From contig PFRS01000007.1 in the NCBI GenBank assembly GCA_002788675.1, positions 270 to 64,269 on the forward strand: 64,000 nt of DNA, written 5' to 3'. The notes beneath the pieces are model-generated. The model was not told the DNA's origin and did not search any database. It saw only the letters and a program-made list of their open reading frames with translations. A program made the translations under genes and the position numbers. This document shows positions 27,845 through 38,490 of this stretch, in pieces; positions within the stretch are counted from its first letter, which is position 1; each line of letters starts with the position of its first letter. Source of the stretch: Candidatus Pacebacteria bacterium CG_4_9_14_0_2_um_filter_40_15 (lineage in GTDB: Bacteria; Patescibacteriota; Microgenomatia; UBA1400; PJMF01).

Positions 27845-27858
27845 TTATAGCAGAAAGT
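27845..27858 (-). promoter_or_regulatory. extended -10 promoter (TGcTATAAC) upstream of secA; shares the 13-mer CTTTCTGCTATA with the serS leader promoter
   Basis: TGn + TATAAC about 65 nt upstream of the secA ATG on the minus strand; the same motif sits at the 5' end of the serS T-box leader. Confidence 0.4.
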
Positions 27859-27947
27859 CGAGTTAAAATGAAGGCTGAATTGTGATTTTCTGTCTTTTTA
27901 GAGCGACTGAGTTATAGCTCAGCCGCTCTATTTTTGGACGCTTTTCT

Positions 27948-29228
27948 TTATTTTTTGAGCGTAATTATTTCAGTACCAACAAAATCTTGTAATACTTCAG
28001 GCACAATAATACTTCCATCTGCCTGCTGATAGTTTTCGATAACAGCAGCGAGTAAGCGAGGTGTTGCTGCCATTGTATTATTAAGTGTGAAGACATGTTT
28101 TGTAGTACCGTCTTTAGCCTGATACTTTATGCCCAGTCTTCTAGACTGAAAGTCATTAAAGTAACTGGCTGAATGTGTTTCTCGATATTTATTTTGGCCT
28201 GGGAACCAAGTTTCAATGTCATACTTTTTGCGCTGTCCTGCACCCATATCGCCTGTGCACATTAAGAGTACTTGGTAAGGTAAACCGAGGTCGTGCAAGA
28301 GTTGTTCTGCATAACCAGTCATTTTTTCGTGCCACTTCTGTGTTTCATCTTCATCAGCAATAGTGTAGACGACTTGTTCCACTTTATTAAATTGATGGAC
28401 CCGGATTATCCCTTGGGTGTCTTTCCCATGGGTGCCCACTTCTCTTCTAAAGCATGGTGAAATGCCGACCATTTTGACAGGTAAATCTGCTTCACTCAGT
28501 GTTTCACCCATGTGATATGCAGTGAGTGCGACCTCTGCAGTTCCTGCTAAAATTTGACCATCTTGGGTTTTGTAGTGATCTTCTTTTCCCCAGGGAAAAT
28601 ATCCAGTTCCTTCCATGGCTTCTTTGTTTACCAAAATTGGTGCAGACATGGCTGTGAAGCCTTCATTGCGTAAGAGTTTTAGAGAATAGTTGAGAATGGC
28701 TTGTTCAAGCAAGAGCCCTTCATTTTTTAAGAAATAAGATCTAAATCCACCAATGCGGACAGCTCTGACTGTGTCGACTAAGTCAAGTGCTTCCATGAGT
28801 TCATGGTGTTGTTTTGGCTCAAAATCAAGTTTTGGAAGTTCTCCAACAGTTCTAACAACTACATTACCTTCTTCATCTTTTCCAATGGGAACTTCATCAG
28901 CAGGCACATTTGGCACACTGTACATAAGTGTGGTAAATGCTTCTTCTGCAAGTTTAAGTTCTGGTTCGATGCCTTGGAGTTCTGTTTTGATTTCTTTGCC
29001 GTTGGCGATAAGTTCTGCAGAAGGTTTGCCGTTTGCTTGAACTTCTTTCTTTACGGCGTCAGCATTCTGATTGGCTGTTTGACGAAGGTTATCGACTTCG
29101 TATTGTAGTTTACGGCGTTTTTCGTCGACAGCTAGAAGTTCGTCAATGATAGAACTTTCAAGTTGCTTATTTTTACAGGCATTTTTTACTACTTCTGGGT
29201 TATCGCGAATGAACTGAATGTCCAACAT
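27948..29228 (-). CDS. serS: seryl-tRNA synthetase
   Basis: N-terminal coiled-coil tRNA-binding arm plus class II catalytic core. Confidence 0.9.
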   Translation of the reverse strand: MLDIQFIRDNPEVVKNACKNKQLESSIIDELLAVDEKRRKLQYEVDNLRQTANQNADAVKKEVQANGKPSAELIANGKEIKTELQGIEPELKLAEEAFTTLMYSVPNVPADEVPIGKDEEGNVVVRTVGELPKLDFEPKQHHELMEALDLVDTVRAVRIGGFRSYFLKNEGLLLEQAILNYSLKLLRNEGFTAMSAPILVNKEAMEGTGYFPWGKEDHYKTQDGQILAGTAEVALTAYHMGETLSEADLPVKMVGISPCFRREVGTHGKDTQGIIRVHQFNKVEQVVYTIADEDETQKWHEKMTGYAEQLLHDLGLPYQVLLMCTGDMGAGQRKKYDIETWFPGQNKYRETHSASYFNDFQSRRLGIKYQAKDGTTKHVFTLNNTMAATPRLLAAVIENYQQADGSIIVPEVLQDFVGTEIITLKK

Positions 29229-29482
29229 AGCACCCTTTCTGCACGTTTGTGCAAAATAATTTATAGTGTGCTTGGCTTTTGGGAAAAAGGTACAAAAAAA
29301 CTCTTACCCATCGACACAAGCGATGTAAGTAAGAGGGTTCTAAGATGACTAGAACGGTGCCACCTCTCCGTACTCATTCCTGCTGTAACGGGCTTACCCG
29401 GCTTGGTTGTTACCCCAAGCAGCATCGATAGCTGCTAACTATCTCAAGTGCTGTTGTTGTTTTAACTGATGGTAGTATAGCA
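29229..29482 (-). promoter_or_regulatory. T-box riboswitch leader of serS, with extended -10 promoter (TGcTATACT, 29474-29482) and an intrinsic terminator (29293-29335)
   Basis: Minus-strand sense has GAGAGGTGGCACCG (T-box-like). Downstream is the hairpin ctcttac...cgatg(ggtaagag) + UUUUUUU, whose 5' arm (ccctctt) can alternatively pair with the T-box. Confidence 0.6.
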
Positions 29483-29527
29483 GAAAGCTTTTTTTTTTGA
29501 AGTGACGTGTGTGTTTAGCATGTATTA

Positions 29528-30079
29528 CTAAACTATGTGTACACTTCTTTTGCCGTTAGGATTTCTGTGTCGGGGATCATCAAATAGTAATTTTCGGGCA
29601 GCGTCTAATGCAACTTCTTGTTCGATTGTTCGATTTAATCCTGTAGATTGGTTTTCTTGTGCACTAACTTCAAAACTATTTGTAGCCACTTCTTCGCCTG
29701 CGGCTTGATTATCTTTTCGTTGTTTTTCAGCCGCTTCTTTTTTTTCTTGTTCTATCCGGTCTTCTTCATCTTGGATAGCTCGCCATTCAGCAAGAGCGGT
29801 ATTGGCATCTGGGTCAAGTACTTCACCTAAGTCGTTTTCAATTCGTGCTTCTTCATTGAGGTCTCTTGCGTACTCTGCTTCACCGGTAAAAGCATCTCGC
29901 ATTGCTTCTTGAAGAATAAATGCTTGAGTTCTGCTTCTATTCTCAGCAGTTCTTTGTGTTGCTTTTCTTTTTTCCCGATGAACTCGTTCACTTTCACGTT
30001 GAGGTGCTGATTTCTCGCGTGGTTTTGCTTTTTGAAGTAAATCAGGTCGCTTAAAAAAATGTCTCTCTTCTAATGGCAT
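29528..30079 (-). CDS. hypothetical highly charged protein (183 aa)
   Basis: ORF; K/R/E-rich, low complexity. Confidence 0.4.
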   Translation of the reverse strand: MPLEERHFFKRPDLLQKAKPREKSAPQRESERVHREKRKATQRTAENRSRTQAFILQEAMRDAFTGEAEYARDLNEEARIENDLGEVLDPDANTALAEWRAIQDEEDRIEQEKKEAAEKQRKDNQAAGEEVATNSFEVSAQENQSTGLNRTIEQEVALDAARKLLFDDPRHRNPNGKRSVHIV

Positions 30080-30141
30080 AGTATAAGAATAGCACCCATC
30101 TGGGGTGCTATTCTAGAGTTACTTTTATATTTTAAAAACAA

Positions 30142-32244
30142 TTAGTCGTTTTTTGAAAAGACAGAAATCAAAAACTCAAAGTGCTCATCAGCAGTTTTAC
30201 CAATAAGTTGCAAACCCTCTTCAATATCTTCTCTACTTACATTGGCAGCAAACGCTTTAGTTTTAAGTTTTTTCTTGATTGATTTTGATTTCATACCCTC
30301 AAGACCAGTTGGGCGAAGTAGTGAAACGGCATTAATGAAACCAGAAATTTCGTCACAGGCAAAGAGGTAGCGGTCCAATGTTGTGATTGGATCACGTCCA
30401 GTTCTAGATGGAGCATGTGCCGCAATAGCATCAAGCATGGCTTGTGGGTACGCTGTTAAGATTTCATTGATGGCTTTATTTGGATGTTCGTCGGGGTACA
30501 TTTCCCAGTCTAGATCGTGGAGCAAACCAGTTTGGTACCAGAGTTCTTCATCCTCACCAAGTTCTTTTGCGTAAGCAGTCATAGCTTGAGCGACCATGCG
30601 TGAGTGGTTGCGTAGTGCTTCATCTGAAATATACTTTTCCAAAAGTGCTGTTGCAGCTTCTCTAGAGGGCATTTCTACAGAATCTGCTTTTTTCTCTGTT
30701 GAAGCATTTTTACCTGTGATATGCAGTGGAACAAGTGGGCGTAGCGTTGGAAAGGCAATCACCTCTTTAATACTCCAAGTGTTAGTAAGGAACATGACTA
30801 AACGGTCAATTCCCATTCCAATTCCACCAAGTGGTGGCATACCATGTTCCATAGCTTCAAGGAAGTCTTCATCAAGTGGATGAGCCTCGGTGTCACCATG
30901 AAGCATATTTGCTTGTTCATTTTCCCAGATGTTTCGTTGATCGACTGCGTCGACAATCTCACTCCAACCATCGGCAAGCTCTTTCCCTCCTATATAGGCT
31001 TCAAAGCGTTCTGCAAATTCTGGTTGGGTGCGATGTTGTTTTGCTAATGGAGAAATGTCACGTGGGTAGTCGACAATCCAAATTGGTGCGATTAAATGAG
31101 GAGTGACTAGTTCATCAAAGAGCTCAAATAATGCTTTACCTCTGGTGAACTCGCTTTTTAGTTCAATTCTGTGGGTTTTCATGAGTGCTTTCACTTCTTC
31201 GTCTGAAAGAGAGTCAAAGTCGATATTTGCGTGTTGTTTAAGTGCTTCATCCATTCGTACTCGAGGCCAGTCACCAGCAATATCAATGATTTTTTCACCA
31301 ACGGTAATCTCATGGTTACCGTAGAGTTTAAAGGTGAGGTGTTTAACCAGAGCTTCTGCTACATTCATCATGCGAGTGTAGTCTGCATAGGTCTCGTACC
31401 ATTCGATCATAGTGAACTCAGGTTGATGGGTTTGATCAATACCCTCATTGCGGAAGTTGCGGGCAATCTCAAAGACTCTATCGTAACCACCTACAATTAG
31501 CCGTTTTAAGTAGAGTTCTGGAGCGATGCGTAGGTAGAAATCACTATCAAGTGCATCCATGTGAGTGGTAAATGGAGTTGCATTTGTGCCGCCATATAAA
31601 GGTTGTAAGATTGGCGTTTCAACTTCAATAAAATCATGTTGATCTTGAAGAAACCGACGGATCTCTTTTTCAATTAACCAGCGAGCATCAAGAATTCTTT
31701 TTGTGTCTGGATTAATGAGCATGTCGACGTATCGTTTTCTAAAACGAACTTCTTTATTATCTGCTGCATTAAAGGCTGTTGGAATTGGTCGAAGTGCTTT
31801 AGAAAGCATCTGAAACTCAGTTGCTAAGATGGTTAGTTCTCCAGTTTTTGTGGTCATTACGGTACCAGACACTCCTAGATAATCACCTCGGTCGACTAAT
31901 GTTTTTAGCCACTCGAATGCTTTGGAATCAACTTCAGCTTCTCGTACCATTACTTGGATATTGGTTGTAGAGTCTTGTAGATCAAGAAACACAACTTTTC
32001 CATGTGCTCTGATGGACATGATGCGACCAGCAGTTTGAACTGATTGATCCATCATTTCTCGAACTTGAGCAATAGTAAACTTCTTATCAAAGAAATGAGG
32101 ATGCACAGTAATACCTTGTGCTTCTAATTGAGCTCTTTTATCTTTTTTTGCTTGAATTGTTTCGTCCATTCGCGACATGCCGGCGGTCCTTTTTGTGCTT
32201 TGTACTGCTTTATTTTGATTAATTTGTGCGTCTTGATTATACAT
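30142..32244 (-). CDS. lysS: lysyl-tRNA synthetase (class II) fused to a ~190-aa C-terminal HD-domain-like extension
   Basis: LysRS OB-fold plus the catalytic motifs FRNEGIDQTHQPEFTMIEWY and GGIGMGIDRLVMFL. The C-terminal tail contains H...LLHDLDW...H, typical of HD phosphohydrolases. Confidence 0.85.
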   Translation of the reverse strand: MYNQDAQINQNKAVQSTKRTAGMSRMDETIQAKKDKRAQLEAQGITVHPHFFDKKFTIAQVREMMDQSVQTAGRIMSIRAHGKVVFLDLQDSTTNIQVMVREAEVDSKAFEWLKTLVDRGDYLGVSGTVMTTKTGELTILATEFQMLSKALRPIPTAFNAADNKEVRFRKRYVDMLINPDTKRILDARWLIEKEIRRFLQDQHDFIEVETPILQPLYGGTNATPFTTHMDALDSDFYLRIAPELYLKRLIVGGYDRVFEIARNFRNEGIDQTHQPEFTMIEWYETYADYTRMMNVAEALVKHLTFKLYGNHEITVGEKIIDIAGDWPRVRMDEALKQHANIDFDSLSDEEVKALMKTHRIELKSEFTRGKALFELFDELVTPHLIAPIWIVDYPRDISPLAKQHRTQPEFAERFEAYIGGKELADGWSEIVDAVDQRNIWENEQANMLHGDTEAHPLDEDFLEAMEHGMPPLGGIGMGIDRLVMFLTNTWSIKEVIAFPTLRPLVPLHITGKNASTEKKADSVEMPSREAATALLEKYISDEALRNHSRMVAQAMTAYAKELGEDEELWYQTGLLHDLDWEMYPDEHPNKAINEILTAYPQAMLDAIAAHAPSRTGRDPITTLDRYLFACDEISGFINAVSLLRPTGLEGMKSKSIKKKLKTKAFAANVSREDIEEGLQLIGKTADEHFEFLISVFSKND

Positions 32245-32250
32245 TATTTG

Positions 32251-33336
32251 CTATCTTTCCTCTTGGCTAATTTTTGTTGAGCTATCGGCGAGTTTGAGAA
32301 TAAGCTCTTGCATACGTTCGAGTGCATATACACTAGTTTCTTCTCTGGTTGTATGTGCATGTTTGCTTCCATCCCCAAGGTTATATACATTCAGATTTGG
32401 CGACTGGTTAAAAATGTTTGCGTCTGAAACACCAAACGATTTTTTGTGAGTGGTGGTTGTATTCAGTGCTGAATCAATAATTTTTGTCATGGAATCTATT
32501 TCATCTTCTGTATGACTGTACCCAGGATTCTCAATCACGATTTCTGATATGATCTCACATGCATAAGGAGTATCTAGTAATGCTTGCAATGTACTCAGTC
32601 CGTTCTGAAAGGTGGCTAGATCAAAACTTCTTACTTCACCATGCATTATTATTTTTCCCATCACTGTATTTCGAGCATTTCCCCCAGATATCTTACCAAT
32701 ATTTATGAGCAAATCGTTTGATCGCAATTTTTTTATTTCAGTAGCTAAAGAAAGAAATGTAGGAAGTGCTGCGGTAGCTTTTTCTGGATAGCCAGCATGA
32801 GCTGATTTTCCTTGTATTTCAATGTCAAATCGTGCGTAGTAGGGAGATGCCGACATGATTGTTTCGATTGGTCCTGTGCCATCAAAAATGATTCCTGTTT
32901 TTGCTCTAAGAGCTGATGTATCATATCCCTTTGCGCCCTTGCACTCTTCTTCCTCAGAAACAGTAAAGACAATATCAAGAGGCCGCCATTTAATCTTTGA
33001 GTTTGTTGTTATGTGTTGAAGCGCTACAAGTATGGCAGCAACGGCACCTTTATCGTCGGCACCAAGAATAGTGTTGCCAGTACTGCGAATAATGCCATCT
33101 TTGAGTTCTGGAATAATTCCTCTACCTGGTTCTACAGTATCTAAATGGGCGCATAAGAAAAGTGCCTCACCTGTTCCATCTGTTTGGATTGTTACATTGC
33201 CATGTGAGTCAACATTTGCTTCGAGATCACAGTTCTGTTTTGAAAAACGGACTATTTCTTGAATCATCTCTTCCTCTTCGCCGGAGACACTATCAATTTG
33301 GACAAGATCCATAAAAAGTTCAGTTACTGATTGCAT
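32251..33336 (-). CDS. M20-family metallopeptidase (peptidase T/tripeptidase-like)
   Basis: Metal-binding motifs (CAHLDTV, GADDKG, SEEEE) in M20 order; start is 6 bp downstream of lysS (operon). Confidence 0.7.
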   Translation of the reverse strand: MQSVTELFMDLVQIDSVSGEEEEMIQEIVRFSKQNCDLEANVDSHGNVTIQTDGTGEALFLCAHLDTVEPGRGIIPELKDGIIRSTGNTILGADDKGAVAAILVALQHITTNSKIKWRPLDIVFTVSEEEECKGAKGYDTSALRAKTGIIFDGTGPIETIMSASPYYARFDIEIQGKSAHAGYPEKATAALPTFLSLATEIKKLRSNDLLINIGKISGGNARNTVMGKIIMHGEVRSFDLATFQNGLSTLQALLDTPYACEIISEIVIENPGYSHTEDEIDSMTKIIDSALNTTTTHKKSFGVSDANIFNQSPNLNVYNLGDGSKHAHTTREETSVYALERMQELILKLADSSTKISQEER

Positions 33337-33403
33337 TAGTTCCTTTAAAACTAAAAACCCCGCTTGTATGCGGGTTTTTTACATTTTTTGTTAGTATTAG
33401 TAC

Positions 33404-33883
33404 TTATTTGATTTCTACTATTGTGTATTCAATTTCCCCCGCTGGAGCTTGAAAGACTGCTTTATCGCCCTTCTTCTTACCAACTAGAGCTTCCCCTAAT
33501 GGAGAGCCAACTGAAATTTTTCCTAAAACTGGATCCGCCTCAAACTCACCAACAACCTTAAGTTCTTTTTTCTCTTTTGAACCTTTTTTTGAAACTATTA
33601 CAGTTGTGCCAATACCGATATTGCTTTTACTGCGTGTATTTTGAACAACTACAGAACGAGAAATGATAAGTTCAATTTCTTCGATACGAGTTTCAATAAA
33701 TTCTTGCTCCTCTTTTGCGCTATGGTATTCGGCGTTCTCAGAAAGATCTCCATATTCGCGAGCTTTTGCAACGCGTTTGATAACGGCAACAAGTTTTTGC
33801 TCTTTTAGTTGGGTAAGTTCAGTCTGGAGTTCTTCTAGACCTTCTTTTGTAAGTTCGATTTTGTTTGTGTCGTTGTTTGACAT
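33404..33883 (-). CDS. greA: transcription elongation factor GreA
   Basis: N-terminal coiled-coil with acidic tip YGDLSENAEY plus C-terminal FKBP-like domain. The ORF track extends to 33997, but the start is more likely MSNNDTNK at 33883. Confidence 0.8.
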   Translation of the reverse strand: MSNNDTNKIELTKEGLEELQTELTQLKEQKLVAVIKRVAKAREYGDLSENAEYHSAKEEQEFIETRIEEIELIISRSVVVQNTRSKSNIGIGTTVIVSKKGSKEKKELKVVGEFEADPVLGKISVGSPLGEALVGKKKGDKAVFQAPAGEIEYTIVEIK

Positions 33884-33962
33884 AATGTTCCTAGTATACC
33901 GTGTCTTTTGTATGTGACAAGCAGATAATGTAATTTTTGTGTGAAAATAAGTGAAAATGGAC

Positions 33963-34373
33963 TTATAGACCGCGCTTTTGAGCAACTTTGATTTCAAGCA
34001 TTGCTCTCTTCAAAGACGCTTCAGCCATGATAAGTTCTCGACGATTTTCAGAAATTTTCATGGTCTCTTTAGCGGCAGAAATCGCTTCTTCAGCCTGAGC
34101 GACACTTATGTCACGTGCAAGAGTTGCACTGTCCACCATTACTATTACTTCATTGTTAGGATTAACCGTTAAGAACCCGTCAGATACCACAATTGAGTGT
34201 TCTCTCTCTCCCTCAAAGTATCTTAGCTCACCAGTCTTCAACTGAGTAAACAATGGGATATGACGAGCTAAGATAGTAATTTCGCCTTGAGTTGTGATCG
34301 CAGAAACTGACTCGACTTCAGTTTCGAGTAACTTTCTTTCTTGTGATACGACGGTTAACGTTAATTTTTGCAT
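33963..34373 (-). CDS. atpC: ATP synthase F1 epsilon subunit
   Basis: Beta-sandwich N-terminus typical of epsilon; last gene of the atp operon. Confidence 0.85.
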   Translation of the reverse strand: MQKLTLTVVSQERKLLETEVESVSAITTQGEITILARHIPLFTQLKTGELRYFEGEREHSIVVSDGFLTVNPNNEVIVMVDSATLARDISVAQAEEAISAAKETMKISENRRELIMAEASLKRAMLEIKVAQKRGL

Positions 34374-34377
34374 TTGG

Positions 34378-35808
<1,431 letters not shown>

Positions 35809-36678
35809 TTATGAGTCTTGGGCTAATAATGCGGTTACCACATCAAGTAGTTCTGAGGTGATACTTGCTTGACGTGATTTATTGTATACGAGTCGAAGAT
35901 CAGACATCAACTCTCCAGCGTTCTCACTTGCATTCTTCATACTCACCATGCGAGCACTGTGTTCACTGGCACGTGCTTCAAGAAATGCCTGATACACACT
36001 GTTTTCCAGATAATAAGGCAGCAAGTTATTTAAAATAGCATGTGCACTAGGCTCAAAGATGTATTCAGCTTCATTTAGTTTATCAACAAGAGCTTCATTT
36101 TCGGCCTGAATTTTTGGTAGAGGTAATACCTGTTGTACACATACTTTTTGGACCAAGGTACTTACAAAGTCCATGTAGATGAGCGAAACTGATCTAAATT
36201 CTTGATCAAGGAATCCTTCACGAATGAGTGTACTAATGGCAATGGTGTCAGAAGAAGATACTTGGTCTGGTAGCTCAATAAACTGAGCGTAGAGCTCAAT
36301 GCCAGATATTCGAGCAAAACCAACTGATTTTTTACCAACAGCCACAACTTTCCCGTTGGGATGAGATTTAAGCCAACTTATTGTTTCTTTAAATAATGTT
36401 TGGTTTAAGCTTCCACAGAGACCTTTGTCAGTCGAGATGATCACGGCAATATCAACACCAGTATCGTGCTCGGTGAGCAGCGGGTGAACAGTTGTGCTTG
36501 AGGCCGCAGCGAGTGATTGAAGTGATGCGTTAAGGGCGTTGGTGTAAGGTCTAGTAGCTAAAGCGGCTGCTTGAGCACGACGCATTTTACTTGCAGAAAC
36601 CATCTCCATTGCTTTTGTAATCTTAGAGATATTACCGGCAGTCTTAATTCGCTGAACGATTTGTCGTGTATTCGGCAT
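35809..36678 (-). CDS. atpG: ATP synthase F1 gamma subunit
   Basis: Conserved N-terminal (IKTAGNISKITKAMEMVSASKMRRAQ) and C-terminal helices. Confidence 0.9.
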   Translation of the reverse strand: MPNTRQIVQRIKTAGNISKITKAMEMVSASKMRRAQAAALATRPYTNALNASLQSLAAASSTTVHPLLTEHDTGVDIAVIISTDKGLCGSLNQTLFKETISWLKSHPNGKVVAVGKKSVGFARISGIELYAQFIELPDQVSSSDTIAISTLIREGFLDQEFRSVSLIYMDFVSTLVQKVCVQQVLPLPKIQAENEALVDKLNEAEYIFEPSAHAILNNLLPYYLENSVYQAFLEARASEHSARMVSMKNASENAGELMSDLRLVYNKSRQASITSELLDVVTALLAQDS

Positions 36679-36690
36679 ACAAGTCCGTTA

Positions 36691-38226
36691 CTACTCCTCT
36701 TCTGCTACTGGAACTAATTCGGTGTGAGTATCATTAAACACCTGAATGGCTGTCTTTAACTCTGCCTCGATTGCATCATTTAATTTTAATTCCTTAACAA
36801 GGTTTTCAAAAATTTGAGGATAAGAACTATGCATGTACTCTAAAAACTCTTTTTCCCACTTCTGCATGTCATCAATGGCTACTTTATCAAGATATCCTTT
36901 TACTGCTGAGTAGATTACAACGACTTGTTCTTCCATTTTTAAAGGAACATCCCAACCTTGTTTAAGGATCGCATTAACGTGTTCTCCTCTATCAAGAATA
37001 GATTTGGTTTTTTCATCCAAGTCAGAGCTAAATTGCGCAAATGCCTGAAGTTCTCTGAATTGAGCTAGATCAAGTTTCATAGTTCCAGCAACTTGCTTCA
37101 TTGCTTTTCTTTGTGCAGATGAACCAACACGAGATACTGACAGACCCACATTAATAGCTGGCTTCATACCTGCGTTAAAAAGGTCAGACTCTAGATAGAT
37201 TTGGCCATCAGTAATACTAATAACATTAGTAGGGATGTAGGCAGATACGTCGTTTGCTTGGGTTTCGATGATTGGAAGCGCTGTGACTGAGCCACCACCG
37301 TTCTTTTCATTCAAGCGACAAGCTCTTTCAAGCAGACGTGAGTGAAGATAAAAAACGTCACCAGGATATGCTTCGCGACCAGAAGGACGGCGGAGCAAGA
37401 GTGAAATTTCACGGTATGCTTGAGCGTGTTTGGTAAGATCGTCAAAAATAATAAGTACGTCTTCACCCTGTGCTAAAAAGAATTCTGCAATTGCTTGACC
37501 AGAATATGGTGCTAAAAATTGCTCAGCAGCTGTTGAAGAAGCTGTGGCTGAAACAATAGTTGTATATTCCATTGCCCCACGGTCTTCAAGCATTTTAATT
37601 GTTTGTGCAAGTGATGATCGTTTTTGGCCAATACAGACATAGACACACTTCACGTTTTGATCAGCTTGATTTAAGATAGTGCCAAGTGCTACAGCAGTTT
37701 TACCTGTTGAACGGTCTCCGATAATAAGTTCACGCTGTCCTCTACCAACTGGAATCATGGCATCAATCGCTTTTATACCAGTCTGAAGTGGTATAGATAC
37801 TGATTGTCGTGGCATAATACCTGGCGCTTTTTGTTCGAGAAGCATATATTTTTGAACGGGAAAATCGCCTTTACCATCAACCGGTTGACCAAGAGCATCA
37901 ACAACTCTACCTAAGATAGCGTCAGATGCACCAATGGAGAGAATACGGCCAGTTCTTTTTACTGTTTGGCCTGCAGATAGATGTGAAGCGTCTCCGAGTA
38001 CAACAATACCTGTTTTTTCTTTTTCAAGGTTGAGTGTGAGTCCAAACTCGCCTGAACCTAAGTCAATAAGTTCTCCTGATTGAACATCATCGAGTCCAGT
38101 GACAGTAACAACTCCATCTCCAAAGGAGAGAACGGTTCCTACAGCCTCAGCTTCTGTGACTACATCTAGATTAGAAATAATCTTCGAAATTGATGTGCTA
38201 AATTCCTTTTGTGTATTCTTTTTCAT
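36691..38226 (-). CDS. atpA: ATP synthase F1 alpha subunit
   Basis: P-loop GDRSTGKTA, full-length alpha. Confidence 0.95.
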   Translation of the reverse strand: MKKNTQKEFSTSISKIISNLDVVTEAEAVGTVLSFGDGVVTVTGLDDVQSGELIDLGSGEFGLTLNLEKEKTGIVVLGDASHLSAGQTVKRTGRILSIGASDAILGRVVDALGQPVDGKGDFPVQKYMLLEQKAPGIMPRQSVSIPLQTGIKAIDAMIPVGRGQRELIIGDRSTGKTAVALGTILNQADQNVKCVYVCIGQKRSSLAQTIKMLEDRGAMEYTTIVSATASSTAAEQFLAPYSGQAIAEFFLAQGEDVLIIFDDLTKHAQAYREISLLLRRPSGREAYPGDVFYLHSRLLERACRLNEKNGGGSVTALPIIETQANDVSAYIPTNVISITDGQIYLESDLFNAGMKPAINVGLSVSRVGSSAQRKAMKQVAGTMKLDLAQFRELQAFAQFSSDLDEKTKSILDRGEHVNAILKQGWDVPLKMEEQVVVIYSAVKGYLDKVAIDDMQKWEKEFLEYMHSSYPQIFENLVKELKLNDAIEAELKTAIQVFNDTHTELVPVAEEE

Positions 38227-38245
38227 GGATCTCTGCTTTCAATTC

Positions 38246-38485
38246 TTACAACTGACTCATAAGTTGAGACTTGAGCTTGGTTAGCTTTCCTGTGATGGTG
38301 CCATCATACTCGACTGAATTAATAGTGAGTTTAATACCACCAATAAGGGCTGGGTCAACAACTTTTTCGATAGTTACAGACGAAACTGCATGTTTCTGTT
38401 TTATAGCTGCGATAATGTCTTTTTCTTGAGCTGGGCTCAACTGGACAGCCGTGGAAACTGTAACGGTAAGTTCTGTACTTTTCAT
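38246..38485 (-). CDS. atpH: ATP synthase delta (OSCP) subunit, C-terminal domain only (79 aa)
   Basis: Aligns to the C-terminal ~75 residues of bacterial delta (SAVQLS...VDPALIGGIKLTI...DGTITGKL). There is no N-terminal helical-bundle domain, and only 5 nt separate it from the atpF stop. Confidence 0.65.
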   Translation of the reverse strand: MKSTELTVTVSTAVQLSPAQEKDIIAAIKQKHAVSSVTIEKVVDPALIGGIKLTINSVEYDGTITGKLTKLKSQLMSQL

Positions 38486-38490
38486 AGTAT

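Noticed and set aside
27901-27937. Hairpin agagcg-actgag-ttatag-ctcag-cgctct + TTTTT as a terminator for serS
   Set aside because: The T-run is on the plus strand, which is the wrong side for the minus-strand serS transcript. It may act weakly or bidirectionally, but no plus-strand gene precedes it. Left unannotated.
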